Source: Paramecium tetraurelia
Lineage: Eukaryota
Length of the DNA: 64,000 nucleotides
Assembly (NCBI GenBank): GCA_000165425.1
Contig: CT868659.1
Coordinates: 62,001-126,000, forward strand
Direction: 5' to 3'
Shown here: positions 1-15,600 of the stretch, one piece after another
How the letters are laid out: the number at the start of each line of letters is the position of its first letter
Numbering within the stretch: the stretch's first letter is position 1
Program-made: the position numbers and the translations under genes
Notes under the pieces: generated by a model
What the model was told of the DNA's origin: nothing
The model's database searches: none
The model's input: the letters and a program-made list of their open reading frames with translations, nothing else

Positions 1-715
1 CTGTACTAACTCTTTTAGTATCTGCATTGAAATATAAATGCATAAACTTTCCAAATCTACTAGAGTTGTCATTTCTGGCAGTTTTAGCATTACCAAATGC
101 TTCTAGCACTGGATTAGATGCAAATATTTGTTATTCAATAGTTTATCCCTGTTAAATAGTTCTAAATAAACCGCTTTTTGATTCAGCTGCCAAGTATTTC
201 AAAAGTATTTTTGTTGATTCTGTTTTTCCTGATCCACTCTCCCCAGAAATGATCATTGAGCATATTCTTAATTCTTTTGTTTTAGTTTCAAACAATTAGT
301 CGAATGAAAGTTGTGCAATTTTAAATAAATGAGGATGAAATTCATTCTCTCTAACGCTAGTTTTCAATTCGGATTGGTGTTGTCCAAGCTTGATTTTGTA
401 ATAAGCTATTGTTTCTTGGTTATAGACATTTGGTAGAAAAACATAAGGATTAATTGAAACTAAAATAGAAGAGCCAATTTGTGTGTAGATTTATTCTCTC
501 AAATATCGAATTCGAATATTATGAAGACAATTGAATTCATTCAAATCTGATAGACACTAAGATGTTCATAAGAATATTAATACTAGAAGGTCTTATATTC
601 CTTATTTAGCCAAAGGGTCAACCCTGAATTTTTTAGCAGCTTAAGCCTCATTGAGCCTTTCAATTTTGCAAATTTCCTTTTAGTCTTCTATCCAAACTTC
701 ATCATCATAACTCAT
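1..715 (-). CDS. Myosin heavy chain, N-terminal motor domain (partial; continues beyond the left edge)
   Basis: Code-6 translation [18 protein letters not shown]... contains P-loop [13 protein letters not shown] and [24 protein letters not shown]; one short intron near 567-593. Confidence 0.95.
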
Positions 716-1079
716 ATTAATTATAGATTGATTATTAAAATAAATCAAAAACCATATAATCATCTTTCTATATATTAATAATAAGACAATCGTAAGCTTA
801 ACATTATATGGAACTAATCAATTACAGTATAGACATTTACTTTTGAGAATCTCAAAGTTAATGCTAAATATATTTAAATTTTAAATAATAATTGAAATAA
901 GGAGAAAAGTTATTTCTAAATATGAATAACTTCAAAATATCGACTTAATTAAAAGTCTATAATAGTTGAGATTATTTTGATTTGAATTAGAAAATTGTAT
1001 TTTATCATATATTTTGCCTATTTAAAGAAAAGTGCTTATTAAAATTATTAATTTTTGATTAAAATTTTATATTATTAAC

Positions 1080-1946
1080 TCAATCTTGCTTTCCTTTCTT
1101 AGAATTCCAATATGCTATCATTTAGAACACTAGAGTAAAATTCAAGGTTACACTAATGATATTGAGGAGCTAATTTAAATAAATAAATGAATAATTTACA
1201 ATCAACATTCCATCAGTTGAGCTGACTAGAATAGTGAAACATCTTGCTGCTGCTCCTGCGAATTACAAAAAGATAGTTATAAAAGCAAGTTAACCAGTGT
1301 CTTTATTTCTAAAGTTTGACCAAATTTAAGGTAGTCTTGCAAACAAAACTAAAATATTATTTATGCTATATCTTACTCAAACAGATATTTATGATGATAG
1401 CTAAGTTAAAGATACTATTAGGAATGAGTCCTGTGAAAAGTGGCAAGTTTACTCCAAGGAAAATGGCAATTCTTAAATAAAATTATCTCAGAGTGAATGA
1501 TTTCTCATAAACCTTAAAAAGTGCAACGATAATCACAGTTTAAAATAAAATGGCAACATTTTCTGCATAAAGTTTCCAAGGATTTCCTTTATGCACGTTA
1601 TAAGCAATAGAAAAGGAATAAACAAAGAGCTTAATTTGAATTAAAATAGTACTTCAAAGAAAATTGAATCAAATGATAATCCAGTGACTTTTGACTTTTG
1701 AACTATTTTAAATATCTAAGGTGCTTTCAAAATGACTGATAATGCTACTATTGAATAACTAATAAATTCAGATAAAGTCTTTTTAACGCATTCAATATTT
1801 AAGAAATCTTTTTAGATCACTAATTTATCGAAACATTCCTCTGAGAAAATGAAATATACTGATTTCTCCTTCTCTTCAGTGCTTTTAGAATAGCACGTAC
1901 AAAGCAATGCTGCCTATAAAATCACCAGGACTGCCAAGTATTTCAT
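1080..1946 (-). CDS. MPDU1: Mannose-P-dolichol utilization defect 1-like PQ-loop protein
   Basis: Two PQ loops ([54 protein letters not shown]), hydrophobic segments, several short introns, TGA at 1080-1082. Confidence 0.85.
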
Positions 1947-2805
1947 AAATTAAATTTATTTATTGGATAATCTTAATTTAATAAAAACCAATGCTTTCTT
2001 ATTATTTGTCACTTTAATATTGATTTTTATAATTTTCATTTAATTCGATTAAACAATGAACCAACATATATAATGAGACTATTCCTATCTATATATAGGG
2101 TAAACTGAGATTAAATTCAATTTAACTTAATGGTGGTATTATATTGGACAAAGAAAAATGAGTATTATAATCATGATGACAAAAACATAATAATAAATGA
2201 ATAAGAAGAATAATCAAAATACTTAAATTTCATAATCAAAGGAGAAATAAATTTCAATAATAAACCAATTTATTGTTCAGATTGCATGAAAAGAAAATAG
2301 TGCAAGATTTTTATTAAGTGCAATAGGTTGATAATTAAATTTCTAATTTATTAAAACAACTATTTTCGAAGAATGTGAAATTTTATATCATTTATGTACA
2401 TCTTTGTGGAGTAACCTCCTAAAATTAACTATGATTTCAATTTTATACTTACAATTTGTAATAATTGATATAATCTTTTATATCGAATTTATCAATGAAT
2501 ACATATAATTAATCTGTTTTGTATTAAAAAATGATTGCGTATAACTTGGGGTATATCCAAATTCCTCATCATAATAATCAGACATTATTTACTAATATTT
2601 GTTATATAATATTTTTTATTGTCATTCATTCTAAATGGACTGATTAATATTAGTTACCTTAATATTATTATGTTTTTTATTATTATTGTTTAGAATTAAT
2701 ATCTTTTGATAATCTAATCAAGGGTTTCATGCAAAATCAGAAGGGATATTTCAAAAATAAAACTTAGAGGGAAATTTTGAGAAACTTTTAATATTATTAT
2801 AAAAA

Positions 2806-4810
2806 ATGAGACCAAAATATTAGTAAACTTAGAATGATACTAATTCTTAAGTTAGAATTAATATTAAACATGTTTCACCAATTCAGATCGAAGTATTGAA
2901 ATAATCAGGAGAGAAAGTAGAGGAAAATGAAAAGATTGGAGTTTATATATTTGAAAATCAGAATAAATCGATATTAGCATCTTCGCAAGGATTTATTGTG
3001 TGGGCATAAAATCAAAAGGTTTTTGAAATACCAGTCACTGAATAATATTTTACAATTGGAATCATCTATAAAAACAAAGGCGATATACCTAATCAAGTAT
3101 AAAGTATTTAATTATAAGCAGGAAGAATTAGAAAATAATACAACTTCTACTTCCTCATTGGCCTAATAAAATTATGTCAAATTGAATTTTGCTTAACTTG
3201 CAATTAAGAATTGTCAGGGAAATATTCAAATATTAAAGTGGAAGGTCAATGTTGGAGATTACATTTCGCCCACGATGATTTTAGGGATTTGCTCAGATGA
3301 AACCCAAGAAGATGTTATTGACTTGAAATCTAAGATTAATGGTCGAGTAATTGAATTAGCCAAGACAAAAATAATTTTGCCAAGAAACTATGCATTAATG
3401 GTGATTGATAGCTCACAAACTTGCAACCATTTGAAAATTGAGAATAACTATTGTCTGATTTGTAATGAAAAGGTCATTCGCAATGTGGAATCATTAGATC
3501 TCAATTATTCGGATGATATTTCTAAAAAGATTTCAAAAGAAATAGTTCTTGATATTTTGAAGAAAAGGAAACTCATTATGGTACTGGATCTAGATCAAAC
3601 TATTTTACACGCCATCAAAGTTTCGACTACCTTCAATAAATATGAGTTTTGTGAAAAGCAGAATAAAATGATATAGGCTGACAGTGAAGCATAATTCAAT
3701 GGGTTCCAACAATTGGGCTTTAATATTAAGGAACATTTATTAGATATGACTTGCGATTAGCAGAGCAAGTTTATCATCAAATTAAGACCCTACTTCGAGT
3801 AGTTCTTCTTAACATTGATACCTCTGTTTGATATCTTCATTTACACCAAGGCAAGTAAGTCATATGCAGATTTCATCTTAAGCTTTATTACTCATAGATT
3901 AAATGAATTTATTCCTGAACATAAACCTTTCTTTCCTCCATAAAGAGTCTTATCACGCGAGGATACTATATGTTCAAACAGTAAATCACTGAACAGACTC
4001 TTTTATCCAGGAATTGCTACTAATCTATTAGTAATTTTGGATGATAATGCTGGAATGTGGAATCAATTCAAAGAGAATCTCATACATACAAAACCTTTCG
4101 TATACTTTAATGAACATGGCTCTACAAAGGATGGCTAAGGAATTGTGACTGATATTGAAAAGGAAGTACAAATATTCAATAAAAATGATTTTTGGCTTTA
4201 TACGATAACATAGAAATTGAAAGAAATTTCGGATAAGTTTTGGAGCCAAATCAAATAGGCTCAAGATGATCCAAATTTCATTGTAGAAATAGAATAATAA
4301 GTATGCAAGGCAAAAAAAGTAAAAACGGAGATTATTGAAGATACAAGCCTAAGATTGGAAGAGAGAAATCTTTTGGATATAATAATAAACCGAAAAATCA
4401 GTGTTCCAACAATATATTTAGAAATGAGAAGGAGCATATTGAGTGGTGTTACATTATTTTTTGCAATATCAGAAGCACATGAAGAAACCATAAAGAGAGG
4501 TTTAGAATAAGCAAAGGATAAAGCTGTTATTTTGGGAGCCAAAGTTTACAGAGAGTTCAAAGAGGATAATTTTGTGGGTCAAGAGAACAGTTACGTCATT
4601 ACAGTTGGAAGAAGAAAGATTAGAAGTATCATGATTGCTTAGGAAAAGAATATTCCTATTATACATTATAAATGGATTGAAGATTGCGATAATTATCTAT
4701 TTCGAGCAGATTACAAACTATATGTTGAGAGGGAAGATGGAAATAATAAAAGCTTAACTGAGGAGGACTAAAGAGATTATGTCTTAAAGTGTTAGTTATT
4801 GAAAATATGA
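2806..4810 (+). CDS. FCP1: FCP1-type RNA polymerase II CTD phosphatase (lipoyl-like N-terminus, FCPH domain, BRCT)
   Basis: Motif LIMVLDLDQTILHA (DxDxT), IKLRPYFEQFF, VILDDN, C-terminal BRCT-like IPIIHYKWIEDC; frame stays open through TAA/TAG to TGA 4808-4810. Confidence 0.85.
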
Positions 4811-4899
4811 GGAGTAAATTATTTTTGAAATTGATTTTAATTAAAAAATAAATTTATTTATGTATTAATACTATTCATAAAGAAGCTCTATTTAAGAGA

Positions 4900-5849
4900 A
4901 TGATCGCAATAGATCTTTTGGGAACATGTTCAATTCCACTAGATCTGATACTCTTTAGACTGATTAAAGACACTCAGGATGTTTAGAACGAATACAGATC
5001 TTAGTCTAAGAATTGGATCGAATGGCAGATGCTTAAAGAGTGGCCAATTAAGAAATATCACAATTAAAACAAGAACTGGAACAAGCTAAAAAGAGTGATT
5101 AGACTCTGGTTGTGAATAATGGTTTTGATTCTGAGATTCTCGAAGAATTGAAGCTATAACAATAAAAATTTAATCAATATAAACAAGTTAAGGAATAATA
5201 AATTGAAGAATTAGAAAATGAACTACTTAAAGTCCATAAGCAATATAAGGAAGAGAAATTAATGAGAATGGACTTGAATTAGAAGTATGAATAGAAACAA
5301 ATTGAAGTTGAATATTTAAGGAAAGAACTAAACAAATATACTTAAGATCAATAGGATTCAAATGATAGTGGCATTCTTAATTAATTACATGAAGATGTAA
5401 TTGAGTTACAATCCGAGAATAAAGAACTTAGAAACAATAACTTAAGTTACCAATAAAAAATTGAAGAACTTTTAGAAAATTAAAGAATCTTGGAATAGAA
5501 ACTAAAATATTCATCAAAAGAAGTATCATTCTAACCTTCTCCCGCTAAAAATTAAAATTAATACTCCACAACTGAATAAAGAACAGATCCAATATAAAAA
5601 TATAATAGAACTAAAACGATGTAGCCTATGTAATTCACAAACGATCAAAGTTCTAATTAATAAACCAATTCAAATTCATCATACAATATTCTACAATAAA
5701 GATTGTCTTAGGTCCAAATAGGATAGAAAAATAATTCTGAAAATCTAATCAATTAATAAGATACTATAAGGAAAGATTCATTAAGAAGTAAACCTAAGCC
5801 TGTGGAAAATATTAAATACTCAACAAACAAGATTGTTCAGTAATTTTGA
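4900..5849 (+). CDS. Coiled-coil protein of unknown function
   Basis: Open code-6 frame rich in E/K/Q/L heptads, from ATG 4900 to TGA 5847-5849. Confidence 0.7.
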
Positions 5850-5875
5850 ATTGATATTGTTAATAATTTCAGTAA

Positions 5876-6286
5876 TCATAACACATTCCATGTTCCTTTT
5901 TAGGCTTTGGCTAATACTTTATGTGCTTATCTTCTAATCTCAGAATCTGAGTCCCTATTGAACTTTTCTAGAGCTTCCATAACTTCTATTTACAATCTGT
6001 TAGGAGAGCCATCGCAAATAATATGGAGAATTCTAGATCTAATTCTTGGGTCAGGATCATCGGCTAGCTGAAAGATTCTGGTCCAAAATTCAGGAACATC
6101 CTCTTAAACCTTACAAGGACATAGTTAGGAAGCTGCTGCTAACCTAATGTCATTGTCTTCATTTGTAGTATAAGCCAGTATTTCGTAAACATCCTCTGTA
6201 ATTTTGATTCTTGCAAGAGCATCTTTCTTGGTTTGATGGTCTGTTTAAGCGTTCTTACTTTTATTAGCTTTGCCCTTTTATTTCAT
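5876..6286 (-). CDS. Small HEAT-repeat protein (136 aa)
   Basis: Intronless ORF with HEAT-like motifs DNDIRLAAASQLCPC, DDPDPRIRSRILHIICDGSP, RDSDSEIRRQAHKVL. Confidence 0.8.
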
Positions 6287-6392
6287 TTATTTAATGAAGA
6301 ATCTTAATGTAATTGTATATATTCTTGAAAATAATTCTTTACTAAAATTAAGATCAAACAATAATGATCAGAATATATAAATTACTATTTAA

Positions 6393-7628
6393 TCAATAAA
6401 TGATATTGTTAATTTGGTTTTATCATTCAAGCAATCTGACTTCGCATTTAAATAGTCCAACAGCAAAGTGATATTAGCCGTCTGGATTTACTTTGAAAGC
6501 AAATTACTATAGATTATTGGATAAAAATTTACATGACTACTTCCTACCTTCAAGATTGTAACACTGTGTTCAGGACCATTCCAAGTGAGTATTAATTTAT
6601 CATTTTAATCAAAATTAAAGCCAACCTTTTTGGTATTTATGGATGGATCATTTGAACTAAATACATCTAAATTAATTATTGATTCATTACACCCTCCATG
6701 ATAAATCAAATACAATCCATGGCCGGACTCATTCCAGTCATGAAAACTAAATGCTCTTCTTCCTTTTTGTTTTCGTTCGTTTATATCCATAACTCCGATA
6801 TACAAATTCTATTTTTTCAATATATAGTACTCCTCCTCTTTCCTTCAAGTCTATTGTTAGACTCTGTATTTGATCCTTCTCAAGTTATTGCTGGATGCAA
6901 ATCAACCCCATAGCATTTCCTTTCTCATATGCAGCTTCCTCTCTAATTGTCACAGAACTGGCTTTGAAATTATGACTCCATGCAAAATGCATTCTACTAT
7001 ACCATATTCTATTGGTACTTTTATAAAATTAAGGGACTCTACAAATGTTAGATATGCATGTAACTTTATAGAGTAGCATTGCTTAATGTTTTCAACGCTG
7101 ATTCTGCTTAAGTATTCAATTCTTTTAGGATGATTTCGTTTTCCCTTTTCCACTTTTCTAACACTTTTTGCGGTCCCAACTTGTTGATTTTTAAGACATG
7201 TAAAAGACCTTGAACATTGAGTTATTGTGGAGGATTGGATTCATTCAATTGACTTAATGCCTGATTAATAGAGGCCTTATCTGCTCCTAAAACATCATAA
7301 GCCTCGATGGTTCTATTCGTTTCAAGGAGAATATTTACTTTATTAAGTTTTCCTCAAAGATCTTAACTGACTCATGCATCTAGACAGATCGACTTTGGAT
7401 GGCCTTTACGAGTTCATCCTTGTTAAATTGTTAATTAATTTATTCCCTGATTTGTTGTGGGAATTAAGCACGGATCAGTTTCTAGAACTCTGAGTAGACT
7501 TGATAATCGTGAGCCTTATGAGGGTGAATGTCATTTTTTGCCTTAAATAGTCTGCTCGATTAATCGCATTTGGGATCAATGCATATATATTGTTTCTCCT
7601 GATTCTCCTTGTGTTCATTATTATCCAT
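6393..7628 (-). CDS. Hypothetical protein: N-terminal Cys/His cluster, coiled coil, C-terminal SPRY-like beta domain
   Basis: MDNNEHKENQEKQYICIDPKCDQ...; C-terminal MYIGVMD...GHGLYLIYHGG...VGFNFD beta-rich pattern; the SPRY assignment is inference. Confidence 0.6.
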
Positions 7629-7845
7629 TTTATTTATAATTATTTCTCTATAAATTATTTAATCAATAATATATTAGCCATTATACAACGAAAGTCAGAT
7701 TCGTCAGTTAGTATCTTCTTTTTTAATAAGGAAATTATAGGTCACAAAAGAGATCTCTAAATTATTTGAATAAAGAATGAAGTTTTTTTATTTATTTTAC
7801 CTATATATTTTAATTCGAAATTACATATCGTAATCAACATAAAAA

Positions 7846-9599
7846 ATGAATAAGATTATGCTATCCTTCAAAAACACTTAAAAATAAAACCAATTTTTCG
7901 TTGATCAACTTCCCATGTTAACCTTTTTTTATGAACGAGTGTGCGTATTTGGCTCAATTAGCGCAATCATCATTTTCTCCTTGGAGTTCGTTTACCCTAT
8001 AGGGTTTGGAAGAAGTAAATATTTCATCATTTGTTTACCGCTGATCTTTTTGATGACTTTTAAACTAATAAAAAAGCATCCAAAGCTATTTAACTACATC
8101 ATACCATTTAACAACCTTTTAATTGGTTTAATATACAATGTTACAGTCCTATTTGATTTAATTCCAGACCTAAATTTGATGATAGGATAAACAGTTGTTT
8201 TGGTGCAGTTCAGTTTACTTTTGGGGTCAAACTTTGCACTCAATATGGCAATTATAATATTTAACTTTACTACTTTAGTTCTAGTGTAGACAATAGTTTA
8301 GAACTCGTTTAATGGAAATTAAGTTATGTTGATATTAGGTACCAAAAGTAAATAAATTAGCTCTTATTTTAACCTGCTTGTCATACTATTCAAATGAATA
8401 TCAAAAAAGAGAGTTCTTCTTACTAAAACAAAGAAACGAAGTCCAATATGGTAGTCTAATTGAGCAATTTGGTATATAGGTGTTCAAAGTCAAATATGAC
8501 AGAAAAACAAATTTCCTAAAATTAGAATCTTAAAATTAAACCACAATCGGATTCAACTTCTCCTCTCAAGAGGATTTCAGGAAGTTCATCAGATAAATTC
8601 TGATCCCCAAATAGCAGAGACCAGCAGTGTTATAAACAAAAATTTCATCCTCAAGAGTAAGAAGTGATTGCTTATTTTAGAACTCCCAAATTAGATTAAC
8701 TCGAAATACATTTCCAAATTTAGACAGCTCTGAAACTCTTGAGTAAATACTTCATAAATCATTAACTAAATAAAAATCCGATCATTTTGAATTCTTGCAG
8801 GGTTACGACTTCAATGAGAAATGCGATTATAAAATAAAAATCTTACATACTATCGAAAAAGGAGAAGCCAAAGCTATCGTATTACTTTAATAGAATGAAA
8901 TTAAAAAAGAATTTATTAAGGTTAAATAACAGCGAGATAGCTTTAGGAAGATCATTACTTAATTTCAAAAATTATTTGAAATTCGAATTAAATAAATGAG
9001 TTCACTTATAACTTCTAGAGGATTACAGTAAAAATCTATTTTGTTGTCTGAAGTAAACTTTCGATTACTTCAATTCATTTCAGAATATTTTTCGATTTGT
9101 ATCAATAATAACGATATTCCATAATTAAAAATTTCTACTATTAACATTCAAAGCCTAATACAATAGATAGAGAATCCACTAAGAGATTATTTAAATTATC
9201 AATAGATTAAACTTTCTTATCAAACTGAACACAATTTAATTATTACTAATAATACTTATTTGATTACTCATTTAATTTTAAGTTTATTGTGCTTCCTTAT
9301 TGAAAAATCTCCATTTTCAATAACTTTAATTATAAATCAGAAGCATGAAACTGGGTTTAAATTGGAGAATGTGGATGAAGTTGTGATCAAAATACATGCT
9401 CAGTATAGCGGAACTATCAAGAAAGTATTTGAGATAGAGTGTTTCAATAGAATGATCACAAAGGTAATCAAGATTATTGGTCCCAGTGGTAAATTCATAT
9501 TAAAGTAAAGTGATAATCAGTTTGGTTAGGAAATCACTTTTGAAGGTGTAATCTTTAAGAATTTAAGCTCATTTAAAGCAAGCCTATAAAATCTTTGAA
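7846..9599 (+). CDS. Multi-pass membrane protein of a Paramecium-expanded family (N-terminal TM bundle plus cytosolic sensor-like/degenerate kinase-like region)
   Basis: About 5 hydrophobic helices in the first ~200 aa followed by a long soluble domain; short intron near 8340-8360; TGA 9597-9599. Confidence 0.65.
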
Positions 9600-9732
9600 T
9601 TTCATTGAACCTTAAATAAATATAACTAAGCACTTTAATTTTTTATATAAGTTTAAATGAAAATTAGACCAATAGTGGTCTCAATTTATATATTTTTATG
9701 AATAATTAAATATATTAATTACAGTTGTATAC

Positions 9733-11411
9733 ATGATGCAGTTGCCGAAACTCATCCAAGAACACGTATTATTTGAATGCAGAGGTAAAGTATCAATGTT
9801 TATGAAGAGTTAAAGTAACAGTAATCAGATAATATCATTTTTGACAAGAGCATGAAAAGTATAAAAACTCATAAATATAGAGGTTTCGTATTAAAGGTCG
9901 GTCCGACAAATCTCTACACTTACCACAATTCTCAAGATTTAAATCTGAGGGGTTCCAATTTGTACATACAAATATACGTGATTGAAAAATTGAAATTCAC
10001 CCTTGAATTTACTTCTAAAGACGAAGTATTGTTTTCTATTATATAAACAGACTTATAAGATCATTGTAGGCCCTAATTTTCAATAAGCATACACAAAAAA
10101 TAAAAATGAGGTGAAAATATCAAGTGCATTCATATTGACAAAAAAATGGATCAGCTTAGCATTTGATATTGACAGTTTTTTCAAGGTTGGAGAAATGTAG
10201 GTAAAGACGCTCAGTATTCACACTCTTTGTAGATTGAAGAAGATATACGAATCTAATATTATGGGCAAATTAAAGTAATAATAATGTATAACAAAAGTGA
10301 TGGTTTATGTGTTATTTAGAAGATTTGCGAAAAAAGAATCTTGGAACTCTTACCAATGAGTGTTAGAGCTTAATCCGAAAACCTAGAAATTAGAAAAAAT
10401 TAAATATCTAATCAATTACGAAGAATATCCAACATATCCAACTCTTAAGAAAGAAATATTTAAAGTCAATAGGAAAGGAAATCTGTATAGCCCAAATAAA
10501 TTTATATGAATTTTTAAGAGTAAACTAAACTCAGTAATCCAAACGGATTAAAAGTTAAGCCAACTTCATTTGCTTAACAATAGAGAAAACCTATTTAATT
10601 ATAAAATGGCAAAAATCCATCTATAAATAGAATCCAATTGTAAGCAAAGCCAATTGTGTTTGAGGATAGAATCAAAGTTACCAATGCAACTCAAGAACAA
10701 TAATAAGCAGTTTAATAGTCCTCACAATTAATGCAATCTCAATCTAATAGATCAAAGAAGTTGCCTTAAATGGGGGCAATTCTCACTAAGTAATATTCGT
10801 AAGAATGTCTATTGGAGAAGACAATCCAATTGGCAACAGGATTGTAGGTGATCGAAGAAGTTGCTTCCACTAAGCCCCCTATCCATTCCAAATCGAATTC
10901 AACTAAACAAAGCACTTAAATGCAATTATAGAAAAAAGCAGTTTAAAGTTTCCTTAGACACAATCAAGATCTTTAAAATGGGAGTAACTATACTCACGAC
11001 CCTTTTGATGAATTAAAAACAGAGAATGACTAAAAACATAAACAATCCTAAATGAGCTCTGGAGTTAAGGATTTGTATTATGAGTGTGACAATTCTGAAT
11101 ATTAAACAAAATATGGCAAATTTTCCAATACCTTTTCACGTCCTTTGGGATTATCATCTTATAATCACAGACTAGTGTCTCAACAATCCACTAATTAGAA
11201 CCAAGGAAGCACCAATGAGTATTTTTACTTGAGTAGTTAATAAATAGAATAAAATTAAAGTGTAAATTAAACAGCAAATGAAATTGAAGAACAAATAGAA
11301 GCTCCAGAGCTAAAAAGTAAGATGACAGACGAAAGCTTCATTTCTATAAATGGTTTATAAATTAAGTAGGAAGATAGTGAAGAGGAACTTGCAGTCTCAA
11401 AGTTCGAATGA
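9733..11411 (+). CDS. CFAP20 (DUF667)-domain protein with long low-complexity tail (CFAP20DC/C3orf67-like)
   Basis: LNLRGSNLYIQIYVIEKLKFTLEF...KKWISLAFDIDSFF...LSIHTLCRLKKIY resembles the CFAP20 domain; Q/S/N-rich tail; introns. Confidence 0.6.
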
Positions 11412-11491
11412 ATAATTTTTGTATTTATTAAGATATGCATCTTCCACTAGCAGGTTTGCAAATAGCTGTATCAATTACTATTAAATATGCA

Positions 11492-12631
<1,140 letters not shown>

Positions 12632-12645
12632 AAATAAATTAATAT

Positions 12646-15600
12646 TCACATCATTCTAGATTCTTAGGGGTGCTCATTCAAATTGGCCAACTCAGACTCT
12701 TAAGGAATTACTTAAATTTAGTAACCAGTGTTATTCTGTGCATTTGGGGATGCTAACTTTTAAGCCTCATCATGCCTATGTCCTAATTTATTCAGAAAGG
12801 AGAGTTTTGGGTCTGGAATTAGTCTTAGTATCACTCTCATAATCAAACTTCCTGAGCCAAAAGCTATGCAAATCAGCCTAACATCTACAATACAATTTAC
12901 CATTATTGAATCCGTAATCCATAAAATGTGTAACAGTGGAAGACGATTCCACCAAATGTAACTATAATTATTTACAGAGCCAGAATCCCTATGACTATAA
13001 TAGGAAATAGGATGTTTGTGAAAATGCCTTGGAAGATATTAGGTTCATCTTTTATCCTCCTTGCATTTATAAAGTTGAACAGCTGCATCATCACAAAGGT
13101 ATTGAATATCACCGTAAATTGTCTTGAAGGGATATAACTCTTTTTATAGAATGTTTCGTAGTTCTCTGAACCATCCACAAAATAATCGGTGCTAAAGGAC
13201 ACTAAGTTGCAGTAGTCTTAGTGATTAGGACATAAATGAATCTTAATTGTTTCATCATAATATGTATTGGAATACTTGTATTCCAAGTTTCCTTCAAAAT
13301 CTGCATAGCTATCTTCCGATCCCTTGTATTCAGGAATGAAGCTTTGAGCAGAAAACAACAACACCAGCATTATAATCATCTAATAAATGGCTTATCCTAT
13401 AATGTGTTTGAACATCTTTGATGAAATCATATACTCGTTTCTATTATGAGGTTTTCTCTACAACAATTCTGGTGTTGGTGTTTCTGTAGCCAAAGCCAAA
13501 GAGGCAAAGGTGTCCATAATCAAATTGATCCAAAGCATTTGGATTGGTTCCAGAACTTCTTACTTAAGTAATACTGAAGATATCAAAGTCAATGTGACAG
13601 CCACAACATTGACTGTCAATTAGAATTGCAAGAACTTCTTTATCGAATCATAGATGTTCCTTCCCCACATCACTGCCTTGACTATTGAACTAAAATTGTC
13701 ATCTAATAAGATTATGGAAGCACTCTCTCTAGCAACTTCTGTGCCTGCAATACCCATAGCAAATCCTACGTCAGCCTTCTTTAGAGCAGGAGCTAGAAAG
13801 ACTTTAATTCAATATATTACCATCATTAGTACCATCCCCTGTCACTGCTACAACATGTCCTCTTTCTAGAAGTCCTGTCACAAGTGCGTATTTATCTTCA
13901 GGTCTACTTCTCGCTAAAACATCTAAAAGAGGATAGATTTTATCAAATTCTTCACCATTTTTAATCGTATCTACTCTTACTGGTTTGCCTAATTGTTTGG
14001 CAGTAGATTAATCTCTTGGACAATCACAAGTAGCTGTCTTGCACCATTTGCAAACTACACCTCCAATTCTATTAACAAAGTCAGGACCTTCTAATACTAA
14101 GGATCGTTCCTCATCAATTAAAATTCCACATTCTTTGGCTATAGCTCTGGCAGTGATCTTATTATCGCCAGTTACCATTCTAACTTTGATACCTGCAGTT
14201 TTACAATTAGCAACAGCTCCAGGGACTTCAGGTCTTAAAATATCCTTGATTCCTACGATAGCAATTAAAGTCAAATTCTCAGTTTCAACATCATAAACCC
14301 CTTTATCATTTTTACTAGTCAGATCTTCAGATCCATTTAATTCTCTATATGCTAATCCTATAGTTCTAAGTGACTATGATGCCATAGTTTCTATAGCTTT
14401 TTCTATACTTTATCTGACATTAGAATCGATTGAAATGATTCCTCTACTTTTGGAATGTAACTTATTGCAACCCTCTAAAATGATTTCACTAGCACCCTTT
14501 ATAACTAACCTTTTTCCAATGATCATAGCCATTCTTTTTCTTTTGCTTGAAAAAGGTATTTTAACATTGGCAACATGATGTTCTCTTTCCTTTTCATAGA
14601 TGATCCCACATTTCTCAGCAAATAGAATCATGGCTACTTCAGTTTTACTTCCTTTTTCCTCTGGTCTAATCATGGCTGTTCCATTAACAATTGATGATTG
14701 CACATACAACTCATGCATCTAAGCAGGAAAAAAAGTATTCAAATCCAATTACTCATTATACACTTCAATGTCCATAAGAGTGTCATTCCAAATTGATACC
14801 ATAAACATTTTATTTTAAGTCAATGTGCCTGTTTTATCTGAACATACCATATCTGCTCCACCCATAGTTTCACATGCTGCCATTTTTCTAACTAAAATTA
14901 TTGTCCTTCAGCATTCTTTTTGTAGAATAAGCCAAGGAAAGAGTAACTGCAAGGGGTAATCCTTCTGGAATTGCAACTACAATGACTGTGATTGAGATGA
15001 TAATGAAATTAAGCATTTCCTTTACATGATCTTTTTCAAATGAATTTTCTTTAATTCTTTCCACTGCAAATCTCAATAATAAAATTAACAATATCAAAGC
15101 AGCACTTGCAAGACCGAACTTACCTACATCTTAAGCAATGGCTTCTAATTTTTCTTATAATGGAGTGGTTTGCACTTCCTCAGTAGCAAGCAAGGAGGAG
15201 ATTTTTCCAACGCAACTAGAATCTCCTACAACTGCTACGATCATCTTACCCTCTCCTGAAAGCACCTTTGTGCCACTGAGCATAACTGGAGAGGGAATAT
15301 CATGTCGACCACAAGAGTTTTGTTGATTTTTCAATTTATCTCTCTGCTTTTTGCAATTCTCATAGGTATCTTTTTTTATTGGATCTGTCTCTCCTGTCAT
15401 TGCACTTTCCTATGTAACATTTATTATTTGATTACGTCACTTGTTAATTCGGCTGCCTCAACAACAAAGCAATCTGCTGGTATTTCCATCCCTTCAAAGA
15501 TTTAAATGATATCACCCACCATTACTAAACTCTAATGCAAATCTATTTTTTATCCATCTCTCCAAACTGTTACCGTTTTCCTACTGTCAGCCATCTAATT

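Noticed and set aside
2050..2112. Possible C/D snoRNA (hairpin cctat..atagg followed by CTGA)
   Set aside because: No RUGAUGA box C at a proper distance and no terminal stem; cannot be supported
2279..2586. Possible small minus-strand gene MSDYYDEEFGYTPSY...
   Set aside because: Needs an uncertain intron choice and has no recognisable domain; could be a remnant
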